Origin: an uncultured Pelagibacteraceae bacterium
GTDB lineage: Bacteria; Pseudomonadota; Alphaproteobacteria; Pelagibacterales; Pelagibacteraceae
DNA length: 64,000 nt
Direction of reading: 5' to 3'
Assembly: GCA_902535155.1 (NCBI GenBank)
Contig: CACASB010000001.1
Span: 67,358-131,357, forward strand
The notes under the pieces were generated by a model, which searched no databases, was not told where the DNA came from, and saw only the letters and a program-made list of their open reading frames with translations. Position 1 is the first letter of the stretch. The number at the start of each line of letters is the position of its first letter. Shown here one piece after another: positions 37,884 to 48,042 of this stretch. The position numbers were made by a program, and so were the translations under genes.

Positions 37884-39221
37884 ATGTCCAATATATTTTC
37901 ATTAAAAGTATCTGAAATAGCAGATAAGATTAGAAATTCAGATTTGAACTCAGTTGATTTATGCAAATCCTATATTGAACAAATAAATAAGTTTGAAAAG
38001 GATGTCAAAGCATGGGCTTATATAGACAAAAAACTTCTTTTAGAAAAAGCAGAGGAAGCAGACAACCATAGAAGATCAGGAAAAGTAGTTGGACCACTTC
38101 ATGGCATTCCAGTTGCCCTTAAAGATATTGTAGGAACCTACGACATGCCAACTGAATGTGGAACTGTTTTAAGAAAAGGTAAAACAGAGTCACAAAATGC
38201 AGAAATAGTAGATTTATTAAAATCAGCAGGGGCATTAATTATGGGAAAAACGAATACTTCTGAATTAGCCTATCTTGCTCCACCTAAAACTAAAAATCCT
38301 CATGATTATTCAAGAACTCCAGGTGGATCTTCAAGTGGATCTGCAGCTGTTATAGCCTCACATATGGCCCCCTTATCAATAGGATCTCAAACTGGAGGCT
38401 CAGTAATAAGACCAGCATCTTACTGTGGAGTAGTCGGTTACAAACCAAGTTATGGATTAATATCGCGTAATGGGGTTTTAAGAACCTCTTATAATCTTGA
38501 TCATATTGGAGTTTTTGGAAAAACAGTTGAGGATATAGCTTTACTTGCAAAAGTATTAATTAAAAAAGACTCTTATGACAAGGCAACAATACACTATTCA
38601 TCAGAATTTATGTTAGATGAATGTAAAAAGGGTCCAATGTTTGATCCAAAATTTATATTTTACAAGACCGACAGTTGGAAAAAAGTTGATAAAAAATCAA
38701 GAGAAGCATTTGAGTATTTTATTAAATCTTTTAAAAAAAACATTGAGGTATTCGATACACCTTCATATTTTAAAGATATAGACAAACATCATAGAATAAT
38801 ACACGAATCTGACTTAGCAAATAATTTTCAAGTTTATTACAAAAAATCAAAATCAAAACTTTCAAAAGAAATGCAATCTGCCATTTCCAGAGGCATGAAG
38901 TATTCTGCAAAAGAATATTTAGATGCAGTTGATTTTATGGATAGAAGTTACGAGTCGTATAAAGAAGTATTTGAGGATTATCATGGAGTATTAAGCCCAT
39001 GCAGTACTGGTGTAGCTGATAAGGGTTTAAAGAGCACAGGTAGTGCTGACTTTAACAGGGTATGGTCGTATATGCATACTCCAGCAATTTCTCTACCTTT
39101 ACTTCAAGGTGAAAATAATTTACCATTAGGAATTCAATTAGTTGGTGACAGATATGACGATAATAGATTTTTAGGTGTAGCCAACTGGTTAGAAAAAGAA
39201 AGCAACAAATTTAATGAATAA
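37884..39221 (+). CDS. Amidase signature family enzyme
   Basis: GPLHGIPVALKD, PGGSSSGSA, GSQTGGSVIRPA. Confidence 0.92.
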   Translation: MSNIFSLKVSEIADKIRNSDLNSVDLCKSYIEQINKFEKDVKAWAYIDKKLLLEKAEEADNHRRSGKVVGPLHGIPVALKDIVGTYDMPTECGTVLRKGKTESQNAEIVDLLKSAGALIMGKTNTSELAYLAPPKTKNPHDYSRTPGGSSSGSAAVIASHMAPLSIGSQTGGSVIRPASYCGVVGYKPSYGLISRNGVLRTSYNLDHIGVFGKTVEDIALLAKVLIKKDSYDKATIHYSSEFMLDECKKGPMFDPKFIFYKTDSWKKVDKKSREAFEYFIKSFKKNIEVFDTPSYFKDIDKHHRIIHESDLANNFQVYYKKSKSKLSKEMQSAISRGMKYSAKEYLDAVDFMDRSYESYKEVFEDYHGVLSPCSTGVADKGLKSTGSADFNRVWSYMHTPAISLPLLQGENNLPLGIQLVGDRYDDNRFLGVANWLEKESNKFNE

Positions 39222-39390
39222 AATTACACTTATCGTTGGTTTAAGCTTTGCAATATTTTTTTTAGTTGGACTTGCAACAACATTAACTAGATCTATGATG
39301 ATTGGATTTACCGACGTATTACCAGTGTACATCCTGATGGGAATAGCGATTGCAATGATGATATACGAGACTTTTTTTGATAAATCGTAG
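39214..39390 (+). CDS. Small two-TM membrane protein (58 aa), absent from the ORF track
   Basis: Hand translation MNKITLIVGLSFAIFFLVGLATTLTRSMMIGFTDVLPVYILMGIAIAMMIYETFFDKS; overlaps the amidase stop and fills the gap to the DMT gene. Confidence 0.75.
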   Translation: MNKITLIVGLSFAIFFLVGLATTLTRSMMIGFTDVLPVYILMGIAIAMMIYETFFDKS

Positions 39391-39398
39391 TACACTTT

Positions 39399-40292
39399 GT
39401 GATTAAAAAAGAGCTTCTAGCTTATACTTTACTTATAATTCAACCTGTATTCATGGCGAGCAATCTTGTAGTTGCAAGAGGTGGAGTTGAATTTATACCA
39501 CCAATATCACTTGCCTTTTGGAGGTGGTTAACTGTTTTTTTAATTCTTTTATTTTTTAATTACAAAATTTTCTCAAAAAAAAAAATTATATTTAAAGAAT
39601 ATAAAAAATTATTCTTCTTAGGATTTATGGGGTGTGGAGTATGCGGGGCTTTTCCATTTATAGCTGGACAAACTACAACAATAATAAATATGGGTATAAT
39701 TTATACTTCTTCTCCTATTTTTATAATTCTTTTGAGTTATTTTTTTTTTAAAGAAAAAATGAATTTTCCTAAAATAGCTGGATTAATATCTTGCTTAATT
39801 GGAGTTATAATTATTATCATTAAAGGAGATTACCTGGCATTAATCAATTTAAAATTTACAAAAGGCGATCTTTGGATGCTGGGAGCTTCAGTCGGCTGGG
39901 CTTTATATTCTATATTTTTATTTTATTGGAAATCTTCGCTTAAGGTATTTGAACGGTTCACGCTAATATCTTTTTTTGGTGCACTAAGTTTATTACCTTT
40001 TTATTTAACTGAAGAAATCTTTTTAAAAAATACTACATTTGATGCCAATTTCATAATTTGGGTATTATTTGCTGCAGTCTCACCAGGCATAATCGCATTT
40101 TCTTTGTATACGTATGCTCAAAGATATTTAGGAGCAACTACAACTGGTTTCACTTTATATCTTTTTACTGTGTATGGTGCGTTTTATGGAATTTTGTTTT
40201 TTGGTGAAAATTTAAAAACTTTCCATGTTTATGGAACAATATTAGTATTTCTAGGCGTTTATCTAGTTAAATATAAAAAAAAAAATGTATAA
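39399..40292 (+). CDS. DMT/EamA family transporter
   Basis: Ten TMs in two repeats, PPISLAFWRW, GDLWML. Confidence 0.9.
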   Translation: MIKKELLAYTLLIIQPVFMASNLVVARGGVEFIPPISLAFWRWLTVFLILLFFNYKIFSKKKIIFKEYKKLFFLGFMGCGVCGAFPFIAGQTTTIINMGIIYTSSPIFIILLSYFFFKEKMNFPKIAGLISCLIGVIIIIIKGDYLALINLKFTKGDLWMLGASVGWALYSIFLFYWKSSLKVFERFTLISFFGALSLLPFYLTEEIFLKNTTFDANFIIWVLFAAVSPGIIAFSLYTYAQRYLGATTTGFTLYLFTVYGAFYGILFFGENLKTFHVYGTILVFLGVYLVKYKKKNV

Positions 40293-41100
40293 GAAAATTT
40301 CAATGTTTATTTTAAATTCAGTTATTGCTTTAATACTTATTTATTTAATAGTTGTGATGGTAATTTTCTTGTCTCAAAGAAAACTAATGTATCATCCTAA
40401 TGAAAATAATTATCTTGAAGAAAACCAATTAAATCATGGAATTAAAAAGGTTTATATAAATTCTGATTTTAAACTTTTGGGCTGGTATCATTTTAAAAGT
40501 AAAAAATTTAAAACATTACTCTTTTTTCATGGCAATGCAGGAAATCTTCAAAATAGAATTTATAAATTAAACGATATTTCAAAACTTGATTTAAATTATT
40601 TGATTATATCATACAGAGGATTTAGCGGTAATAAGGGTAAACCAAATGAAATCGGTCTTTACAAAGATTCTGAGGCAGCAAAAAAATGGCTAAACAATAT
40701 TGGTGTATCTGACAAAGACATAATTTTATACGGTGAGTCCTTAGGAACAGCAGTGGCAGTTGATTTAGCATCAAAAAATAAATTTGCAGGCATAATACTA
40801 GAGTCGCCTTTTACATCAATGGTCAAACTATCAAAAATATATTATCCGTATTTGCCAGTGAAAATACTTCTGAAAGATAAATACGAATCGATTAAAAAAA
40901 TTGGTAATATAAATTTTCCTAAAATGGTAATGCATGGTGACAAAGATAAAATTGTCCCTTTCAGTATGGGGAAAGAAATGTTCGAAAAGTTTTCTGAACC
41001 GAAGTTAAGTTATTTTAGAAAAGGTGATGACCATATGATGGAATTTGATGAAGAGTTATTAGAAAAAATTAAAAATTTTTTAAAATTATATAGTGATTAA
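40285..41100 (+). CDS. Membrane-anchored alpha/beta hydrolase (ABHD13-like)
   Basis: FHGNAGN, YRGF, GESLG nucleophile, HGDKD, DDH. Confidence 0.9.
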   Translation: MYKKISMFILNSVIALILIYLIVVMVIFLSQRKLMYHPNENNYLEENQLNHGIKKVYINSDFKLLGWYHFKSKKFKTLLFFHGNAGNLQNRIYKLNDISKLDLNYLIISYRGFSGNKGKPNEIGLYKDSEAAKKWLNNIGVSDKDIILYGESLGTAVAVDLASKNKFAGIILESPFTSMVKLSKIYYPYLPVKILLKDKYESIKKIGNINFPKMVMHGDKDKIVPFSMGKEMFEKFSEPKLSYFRKGDDHMMEFDEELLEKIKNFLKLYSD

Positions 41101-42017
41101 TTAAAATTGATGAAATTTTTAGAAAAACTTTCACTATCAAAAATTTGAAGATCATCCTCTTTTTCACCAAACCCCAAAGCGATAATCGGCAACTGAAATT
41201 TTTTAGAAACTGCAATTAAAATACCACCTTTTGCTGTACCATCAAGTTTGGTCATAATTAACCCTGTGATTGGTATAATCTTATTAAATTCTTCAACTTG
41301 ATTTATAGCGTTTTGACCAGATGTAGCGTCTAAGACTAAAATTACATCTTGAGGTGCTTTCTCATCTATTTTTTTTATTACATTTCCAATTTTTTTAAAT
41401 TCATCCATTAAATTTTTTTTATTTTGCAATCTACCCGCGGTATCTATTAAAGTAATATCTATATTATTGTTCTTTGCAAACTCCATAGCTTTATAGGCAA
41501 CAGATGCAGGATCGCTTCCTGGTTCAGATTTAATTATTTCACAATTTATTTTTTTTGACCATCTCTCCAACTGATCAATTGCCGCTGCTCTAAATGTGTC
41601 ACAAGCTGCAAAAATTACTTCATTTTGATTTGATTTATAAAGTTTTGACATTTTTGCAATTGTTGTGGTTTTGCCCACACCATTTACTCCAGAGATAAGA
41701 ACTGCTTTTTTCTCTTCAGTTTTACTAAAAAAATTTTTTTTTTCTAAAGGTTTCAATAAAGAGTTTATATAATTATTTATAATATTTTGAATTTCCTCAA
41801 GTTCGTTCTTACTTGGATCAATTTTACGATTAGAAATTTCTTCTCTAATTTCAGAAGATGCTTTTACTCCAACATCAGATTGGATCAAAAATTCTTCAAT
41901 TTTTTCTAATTCTTTATCACCAATTTCTTTGTTAATTATGATTTCTTTAATACCTTTAGAAAAATTTGAAGTAGTTTTTTTTAAACCGTCTTTAAATTTT
42001 TTGAAAATATTAATCAT
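41097..42017 (-). CDS. ftsY: SRP receptor FtsY (short, no acidic domain)
   Basis: GVNGVGKTT, DTFRAAA, DTAGRLQ, TKLDGTAKGG. Confidence 0.97.
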   Translation of the reverse strand: MINIFKKFKDGLKKTTSNFSKGIKEIIINKEIGDKELEKIEEFLIQSDVGVKASSEIREEISNRKIDPSKNELEEIQNIINNYINSLLKPLEKKNFFSKTEEKKAVLISGVNGVGKTTTIAKMSKLYKSNQNEVIFAACDTFRAAAIDQLERWSKKINCEIIKSEPGSDPASVAYKAMEFAKNNNIDITLIDTAGRLQNKKNLMDEFKKIGNVIKKIDEKAPQDVILVLDATSGQNAINQVEEFNKIIPITGLIMTKLDGTAKGGILIAVSKKFQLPIIALGFGEKEDDLQIFDSESFSKNFINFN

Positions 42018-42826
42018 AGGTTTAAATTAATTTTTTCTATATTAGATACATTTCCTTCCATAAGGATATTTCCATTAACGTCCTTATTTATTTTGATCTT
42101 TCCTAATTTAAATTCAATTTCAGTAGGATAAATTGAAACTTTATTTATTTCACCTGCTATTGCCGTAGCACACGCTGCAGTACCACAAGCTTTAGTCAAG
42201 CCTGCCCCTCTTTCCCAATGTAAAACCTTAAAATGTTTATCATTAATTTTTTTCGCAAATGTCACGTTTACTTTTTCTGGAAACAAAGAATTACTTTCAA
42301 TCTTAGGCCCTATATCTTTTATTTGAATTTTATCTAAATCTTCAGTAAAAAAAATTATATGCGGATTTCCAACATTCACTGCTGTCCCTGAAAGATTAAG
42401 ATCATCTATTTTAATTTCAACATTCTTTGTATCTACTTCTTTTGCCAAAGGTATTTCATTCCAATTTGTTTTAGGAATTCCAATATTAGTTTGGATATTA
42501 TTCTCATTTAAGATTTTAGATTTTAGAATACCGCTCTCTGTTTCAAATGTGATTTCACTTTTAGCATTTTCTTTTGACAAAAGGCTCGCTACGCATCTCG
42601 TACCGTTACCACAAGCCGCTGAGTCAGATCCATCAGAATTTTTAAAAATTAAATAAGCATCAACTTTTTTACTTTTTTTAACTAAAATTAATTGATCGCA
42701 ACCAATTTTTTTTCTGTCACAAATACTTTTTATTTGAGACTTATTTAATTCAAAGTCACTATCTCTTTGATCGATAATAACAAAATCATTTCCTAAACCA
42801 TCCATCTTATATGCTTTAAAATCCAT
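42014..42826 (-). CDS. dapF: Diaminopimelate epimerase
   Basis: GLGNDF, CGNGTRC, GNPH, ERGAG.T.ACGT. Confidence 0.96.
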   Translation of the reverse strand: MDFKAYKMDGLGNDFVIIDQRDSDFELNKSQIKSICDRKKIGCDQLILVKKSKKVDAYLIFKNSDGSDSAACGNGTRCVASLLSKENAKSEITFETESGILKSKILNENNIQTNIGIPKTNWNEIPLAKEVDTKNVEIKIDDLNLSGTAVNVGNPHIIFFTEDLDKIQIKDIGPKIESNSLFPEKVNVTFAKKINDKHFKVLHWERGAGLTKACGTAACATAIAGEINKVSIYPTEIEFKLGKIKINKDVNGNILMEGNVSNIEKINLNL

Positions 42827-42848
42827 ATATTTATACTTAACTTATTTA

Positions 42849-42876
42849 TTGACTTTTTGAACCTCTATTATAGTTT
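42849..42876 (+). promoter_or_regulatory. Candidate sigma70 promoter for the ffh leader
   Basis: TTGACT-N16-TAGTTT immediately upstream of the structured leader. Confidence 0.45.
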
Positions 42877-42886
42877 CTCACCACTT

Positions 42887-42967
42887 CCGCAAAAAAACAG
42901 CATTTTGCGGTGTCTTTGGAAACAAAGAGATCGACGCCAGTCAGCGAGGGTTCGCCCACTGGTGCGA
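42887..42967 (+). ncRNA. ffh leader RNA (cis-regulatory structured 5' UTR)
   Basis: GC-rich island with three hairpins: CCGCAAAA/TTTTGCGG, TCTTTG-GAAA-CAAAGA, and CGCCAGT...GGG-TTCG-CCC-ACTGGTG; directly 5' of ffh, where an alphaproteobacterial ffh motif RNA is known. Confidence 0.8.
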
Positions 42968-42985
42968 TGACTGCTGGATTAAAAT

Positions 42986-44344
42986 ATGTTTGAAAATTTA
43001 ACTAATAAATTCGAGGGTATACTCGAAAAATTTAAAAAATCACCATCACTTGATGAAGGTCAAGTTGATGATGGTTTAAGATTAATAAGACAAGCTCTAT
43101 TAGAAGCAGATGTTTCTTTAGACGTCGCAAAAGAATTTGTTAATAATGTTAAACCGAAGGTTTTAGGTAAAGAAATTCTAAGATCAACAGCTCCTGGGCA
43201 GATGGTTGTAAAAATCGTCTATGACGAACTTGTAAATTTCTTAGGTGATAAAAATCAAGAAATTAATTTAAAATCTAATCCACCAATTTCAATTATGATG
43301 GTAGGACTACAGGGATCTGGTAAGACAACTAGTACCGCAAAGTTATCCAAATTTTTAGAAAAAAATAACAAAAAAAAGATTATGATGGCAAGTTTAGATA
43401 TCTATCGTCCTGCTGCTCAAGACCAATTAAAAGTTCTTGGCGAACAAAATAATATTCAAACACTGCCAATAATAGAAGGTCAAACACCTACAGATATTTG
43501 CAGAAGAGCCTTAACAGCTGCAAACCTTAATGGCTCAGATGTTATTATTTTTGATACCGCTGGAAGAACACAAATCGATTTACAGATGATGAGTGAAATA
43601 AAACAAATAGAGGAAGTGATAAAACCAACTGAGACAATACTGGTCGCTGACTCATTAACTGGTCAAGTAGCTGCTAATGTAGCAAAGGAATTTGGAAATA
43701 CAGTCAAACTTACAGGAATAATTTTAACACGAGCCGACGGAGATGGAAGAGGTGGCGCAGCACTTAGTATGAAACATGTTGCAAATGTGCCAATTAAATT
43801 TTTAGGAATAGGAGAAAAAATTGAAAATTTTGAAATTTTTCACCCTGACAGAATTGCAAATAGAATATTAGGTATGGGAGACATCGTCTCTCTAGTTGAA
43901 AAAGCAGCACAAGACATTGATGAGGAAAAATTAAAAGAAGCTGAAGAAACTTTAAAAAAAGGTCAATTTTCACTTGAGGATTATCTCACACAATTAAGAC
44001 AAATGAAAAAAATGGGTGGCATAGAAGGAGTAATGTCCTTTTTACCAGGTGTTTCAAAATTAAAATCTCAAATGGATCAAGCGGGAGTCGACGAAAAAAT
44101 TATAACTCAAAATGAGGCAATAATATTGTCAATGACAAAACAAGAAAGAGATAATCCTAAAATAATAAATGGATCAAGAAAAAAAAGAATTGCTAATGGC
44201 TCTGGCACAGACATAGCCACTATCAATAAATTGTTAAAACAATTTAAAATGATGTCTGACATGATGAAAAAAATGTCAAAAGGAAACACAAAAGGGTTGA
44301 TGGATAAAGGATTACCACCAGAACTCTTCAATCAATTAAAATAA
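42986..44344 (+). CDS. ffh: Signal recognition particle protein
   Basis: [28 protein letters not shown], Met-rich M domain. Confidence 0.98.
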   Translation: MFENLTNKFEGILEKFKKSPSLDEGQVDDGLRLIRQALLEADVSLDVAKEFVNNVKPKVLGKEILRSTAPGQMVVKIVYDELVNFLGDKNQEINLKSNPPISIMMVGLQGSGKTTSTAKLSKFLEKNNKKKIMMASLDIYRPAAQDQLKVLGEQNNIQTLPIIEGQTPTDICRRALTAANLNGSDVIIFDTAGRTQIDLQMMSEIKQIEEVIKPTETILVADSLTGQVAANVAKEFGNTVKLTGIILTRADGDGRGGAALSMKHVANVPIKFLGIGEKIENFEIFHPDRIANRILGMGDIVSLVEKAAQDIDEEKLKEAEETLKKGQFSLEDYLTQLRQMKKMGGIEGVMSFLPGVSKLKSQMDQAGVDEKIITQNEAIILSMTKQERDNPKIINGSRKKRIANGSGTDIATINKLLKQFKMMSDMMKKMSKGNTKGLMDKGLPPELFNQLK

Positions 44345-44358
44345 TAAAGGAGAAAAAA

Positions 44359-44790
44359 ATGTTAAAACTTAGATTATCAATGGGCGGAACAAAAAAAAGA
44401 CCAGTATATAAGATCGTTGTAGCAGACAGCAGATTCCCAAGAGATGGAAGATTTATAGAAAAACTAGGATATTTCAATCCACTTTTACCAAAAGATAAAA
44501 AAGATAGAGTAGGACTTGAATCCGAAAGAATTAAATATTGGTTAAGTCAAGGAGCAAAACCAACCACTAGAGTTGCAAGAATTTTAGGAGAGAATGAATT
44601 AATTGAAATGCCTGTAGCCGGCAATAATCCTAATAAGGCTATTCCTAAAAAAGACAGGAAAAAACAAGACGCTGGTGCTGAAAAAACAGAAGAGAAAAAA
44701 GCTGATGCTCCAAAAGAAGCCCCAAAGACAGAAGAGAAAAAAGCTGATGCTCCAAAAGAAGCTCCAAAGGCAGAGGAAAATAATAAATAA
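44359..44790 (+). CDS. rpsP: 30S ribosomal protein S16 with a low-complexity C-terminal tail
   Basis: RLSMGG.KKRP.Y.IVVADSR.PRDG. Confidence 0.97.
   Translation: MLKLRLSMGGTKKRPVYKIVVADSRFPRDGRFIEKLGYFNPLLPKDKKDRVGLESERIKYWLSQGAKPTTRVARILGENELIEMPVAGNNPNKAIPKKDRKKQDAGAEKTEEKKADAPKEAPKTEEKKADAPKEAPKAEENNK
44686..44769 (+). repeat. Two 42-bp tandem copies encoding [14 protein letters not shown] in rpsP
   Basis: 44686-44727 and 44728-44769 differ at one synonymous position (gcc/gct). Confidence 0.95.
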
Positions 44791-45476
44791 TGTTTCAAGT
44801 AAAAATATTCACTTTATATCCAGATTTCTTTCCAGGAATTCTAAGCAAAGGTATCTATGGAAGAGCAATTGAAAAAAGTTTGTGGAACTTGGATGTAATC
44901 AATATTAGAGATTATGCAAAGGATAAGCATAAAACAGTTGATGATACTCCTTACGGAGGTGGTGAAGGAATGGTTTTAAAACCTGATGTAGTTGCAAAAG
45001 CACTTGATCAAAATTTAATGAAAAATGAAAAGATTATTTATCTAACACCTAAAGGAAAGACGTTTGATCAAAAAAAAGCAAAAAAATTTTTGAACGATAA
45101 AAAAATAAATATTCTTTGTGGTCATTTTGAAGGTATTGATCAAAGAGTTATAGAGTCCAGAGGTATTGAAGAGATAAGTATCGGGGACTACATCTTATCA
45201 GGTGGTGAGACAGCGGCATATGTAATTTTGGATAGTATATTAAGACTTGTGCCAGGTGTTCTAGGAAATGAAAATTCTTATAAAGATGAAAGTTTTGAAA
45301 ATGGTTTATTGGAGTATCCTCAGTATACAAAACCACAAATATGGGAAAAAACAGCAGTTCCTGAGGTACTTTTATCAGGAGATCATAGCAAAATTAAAGA
45401 CTGGCGTTTATCCCAATCAGAGGCTATAACACGCCACCGAAGACCAGACTTGTGGCATAAATATAAAAAAAATTAA
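44790..45476 (+). CDS. trmD: tRNA (guanine-N1)-methyltransferase
   Basis: [36 protein letters not shown]. Confidence 0.97.
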   Translation: MFQVKIFTLYPDFFPGILSKGIYGRAIEKSLWNLDVINIRDYAKDKHKTVDDTPYGGGEGMVLKPDVVAKALDQNLMKNEKIIYLTPKGKTFDQKKAKKFLNDKKINILCGHFEGIDQRVIESRGIEEISIGDYILSGGETAAYVILDSILRLVPGVLGNENSYKDESFENGLLEYPQYTKPQIWEKTAVPEVLLSGDHSKIKDWRLSQSEAITRHRRPDLWHKYKKN

Positions 45477-45492
45477 ATTGATAAACATACAA

Positions 45493-46017
45493 ATGAAAAA
45501 TATTGAAGAAATAAACAGAGCGAACGTAAAGAAAATCTCGGCAGAAAAAAAATTACCAGATTTCTTTCCTGGAGATGTAATCAAAGTTGGTGTTAGAATT
45601 ACAGAAGGAAAGAGAGAAAGAATCCAATATTTTGAAGGCGTTTGTATCGCAAAAAAAAATAGAGATATTAACTCTTCATTTACGGTAAGAAAAATTTCAT
45701 TTGGTGAAGGAGTTGAGAGGACATTTGCACTCTTTAGTCCAATTGTTGATACTATTAAAGTCATAAGATCTGGAAAAGTAAGAAGAGCTAAATTATACTA
45801 CTTAAGAGACAGAACAGGGAAATCGGCAAAAATTGCTGAAAAAATTAAAAGGAAAATCGGTATTGATATAGAGACAAAACCTGAGGGAGTAACAGAGGAA
45901 AATGTGGTTAAACAGTCAACAAAAGATGTTAAAGTAGAAACTCCTGAGGATGAAAAATCTCCATCTTTAAAAAAAGATGAGAGTCTTAAAGAAGATAGCA
46001 CTAAAAAGGCTAAATAA
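45493..46017 (+). CDS. rplS: 50S ribosomal protein L19 with a charged C-terminal extension
   Basis: [26 protein letters not shown]; ATG 45493 preferred over TTG 45478. Confidence 0.96.
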   Translation: MKNIEEINRANVKKISAEKKLPDFFPGDVIKVGVRITEGKRERIQYFEGVCIAKKNRDINSSFTVRKISFGEGVERTFALFSPIVDTIKVIRSGKVRRAKLYYLRDRTGKSAKIAEKIKRKIGIDIETKPEGVTEENVVKQSTKDVKVETPEDEKSPSLKKDESLKEDSTKKAK

Positions 46018-46033
46018 AATTAAACTTTTTTAA

Positions 46034-47437
46034 ATGTCAAAAACTTTATACGATAAAATCTGGGAAGATCATTTAGTACATCAGCAAGAAGATGGCACAT
46101 CTTTGTTATTTGTTGATAGACATTTAATACATGAAGTTACTAGTCCCCAAGCTTTTGAAGGCTTAAGAAATTCTAACAGGAAAGTTAGAAATCCTGAATT
46201 AACACTTGCAGTTGCAGATCATAATGTTCCAACTACAGACAGATCTAAAGGTATTGCAGATGAAGAGTCTAAAATTCAAGTCGATACGCTTGGAAAGAAC
46301 TGCGTAGAGTTTGGGATAAAACTATTTGGAATGTCTGACAAAAGACAGGGCATAGTACATATTATTGGACCTGAACAAGGATTTACACAGCCCGGGAACA
46401 TAATTGTTTGTGGAGATAGTCATACAGCAACTCATGGAGCTTTTGGCGCATTAGCTTTTGGCATAGGTACTTCAGAAGTTGAGCATGTATTAGCAACCCA
46501 AACGCTGGTTCAAAAAAAATCAAAAAATTTAAGAATAAGCGTTAATGGTAAATTACCAATCGGAGTAACGTCTAAAGATGTAATTTTACAAATAATAGGA
46601 AAAATCGGAACTGCGGGTGGCACAGGTTATGTCATTGAATACGCAGGAGATGTTATCTCATCATTGACAGTGGAAAATAGAATGACAATTTGCAACATGA
46701 CCATCGAAGGCGGAGCAAGAGCAGGATTGATAGCTCCTGATGAAAAGATATTTAGATATTTAAAAGGTAAACCAATGGCACCGAAAAACGAAATCTGGGA
46801 TAAAGCAGTTGAATATTGGAGTAAACTTTATTCAGATAATAACGCTGATTTTGATAAAGAGGTTTCACTGAAAGGAGAAGAGATACAGCCAATGGTTACT
46901 TGGGGTACATCACCACAAGATGTTATTACAATAGATGGAAAAGTCCCAAATCCTTCTGATGAAAAAGATAATGACAGAAGAAACTCAATTGAAAGATCTT
47001 TAAAATATATGGGTCTTAAACCAAATACATTAATTAAAGATATAAAAATTGACAAAGTTTTCATAGGCAGTTGTACAAATGGTAGAATCGAGGATTTAAG
47101 AGATGCTGCTAAAATTCTAAAGGATAAGAAAATTGCATCTCATGTAAAAGCCATGGTCGTTCCAGGATCTGGGTTGGTGAAAGAACAAGCTGAACAAGAG
47201 GGTTTAGATAAAATATTTTTAAATTCTGGATTTGAGTGGAGAGAACCAGGATGCTCCATGTGTTTAGCAATGAATGCTGATAAACTTAAACCAGAGGAAA
47301 GATGCGCTTCAACATCTAACAGAAATTTTGAAGGTAGACAGGGCAGAGGTGGTAGAACACATTTAGTTAGCCCAGCCATGGCAGCAGCAGCAGCAATTTC
47401 TGGAAATTTTGATGATGTAAGAAAGTATAAAAATTAA
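46034..47437 (+). CDS. leuC: 3-isopropylmalate dehydratase large subunit
   Basis: [37 protein letters not shown]. Confidence 0.98.
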   Translation: MSKTLYDKIWEDHLVHQQEDGTSLLFVDRHLIHEVTSPQAFEGLRNSNRKVRNPELTLAVADHNVPTTDRSKGIADEESKIQVDTLGKNCVEFGIKLFGMSDKRQGIVHIIGPEQGFTQPGNIIVCGDSHTATHGAFGALAFGIGTSEVEHVLATQTLVQKKSKNLRISVNGKLPIGVTSKDVILQIIGKIGTAGGTGYVIEYAGDVISSLTVENRMTICNMTIEGGARAGLIAPDEKIFRYLKGKPMAPKNEIWDKAVEYWSKLYSDNNADFDKEVSLKGEEIQPMVTWGTSPQDVITIDGKVPNPSDEKDNDRRNSIERSLKYMGLKPNTLIKDIKIDKVFIGSCTNGRIEDLRDAAKILKDKKIASHVKAMVVPGSGLVKEQAEQEGLDKIFLNSGFEWREPGCSMCLAMNADKLKPEERCASTSNRNFEGRQGRGGRTHLVSPAMAAAAAISGNFDDVRKYKN

Positions 47438-48042
47438 TGAAAAAGTTTAACAAATTAAAAAGCATTCCTGCGTACATGCCAATAGTTAATATCGATACGG
47501 ATATGATAATTCCTAAACAATTTTTAAAAACTATTAAAAGGACAGGTTTAGGAAAAAATCTTTTTTTCGAGATGAGGTATGATAATGAAGGTAAAGAAAT
47601 TTCTGACTTTGTTTTAAATAATGAACCTTACAATAAATCGAAAATATTAATCACTGGTAAAAATTTTGGATGTGGCTCATCAAGAGAACATGCACCATGG
47701 GCACTTTTAGACTTTGGTATTACTTGTGTAATAAGTTCTAGTTATGCGGACATATTTTATAACAATTGTTTCAAAAATGGGATCTTACCAATAACTATTA
47801 AAGAGGAAGCAATAAAAGAATTATCTGAATATTCTACAAGGAAAGAAGAAATATCTATAAACCTGGAGGACCAGTCTATAAAGTTTGGGAATAATGAAAT
47901 TAAGTTCGAAATTGATGAGTTTAAAAAAAAATGCCTTCTAGAAGGTTTAGATGATATCTCTCTTTCGCTAGCACAGTCTTCAAAGATTTCAGCTTACGAA
48001 AATAAAGTAAAATCATCAAAGCCTTGGATTTTTAATGATTAA
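47437..48042 (+). CDS. leuD: 3-isopropylmalate dehydratase small subunit
   Basis: [27 protein letters not shown]. Confidence 0.98.
   Translation: MKKFNKLKSIPAYMPIVNIDTDMIIPKQFLKTIKRTGLGKNLFFEMRYDNEGKEISDFVLNNEPYNKSKILITGKNFGCGSSREHAPWALLDFGITCVISSSYADIFYNNCFKNGILPITIKEEAIKELSEYSTRKEEISINLEDQSIKFGNNEIKFEIDEFKKKCLLEGLDDISLSLAQSSKISAYENKVKSSKPWIFND

Noticed and set aside
39189-39395. Minus-strand 68-aa ORF in the track
   Set aside because: The plus-strand 39214-39390 ORF fits operon direction and overlap pattern much better.
42887-42967. SRP 4.5S RNA or tRNA as the identity of the GC-rich segment
   Set aside because: No cloverleaf and no single long SRP hairpin with the conserved domain IV loop; position and shape fit the ffh leader.
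44547-44872. Repetitive alternative-frame ORFs over the rpsP 3' end; possible CRISPR-like repeat
   Set aside because: They are by-products of the 42-bp coding duplication; only two copies and no spacers.
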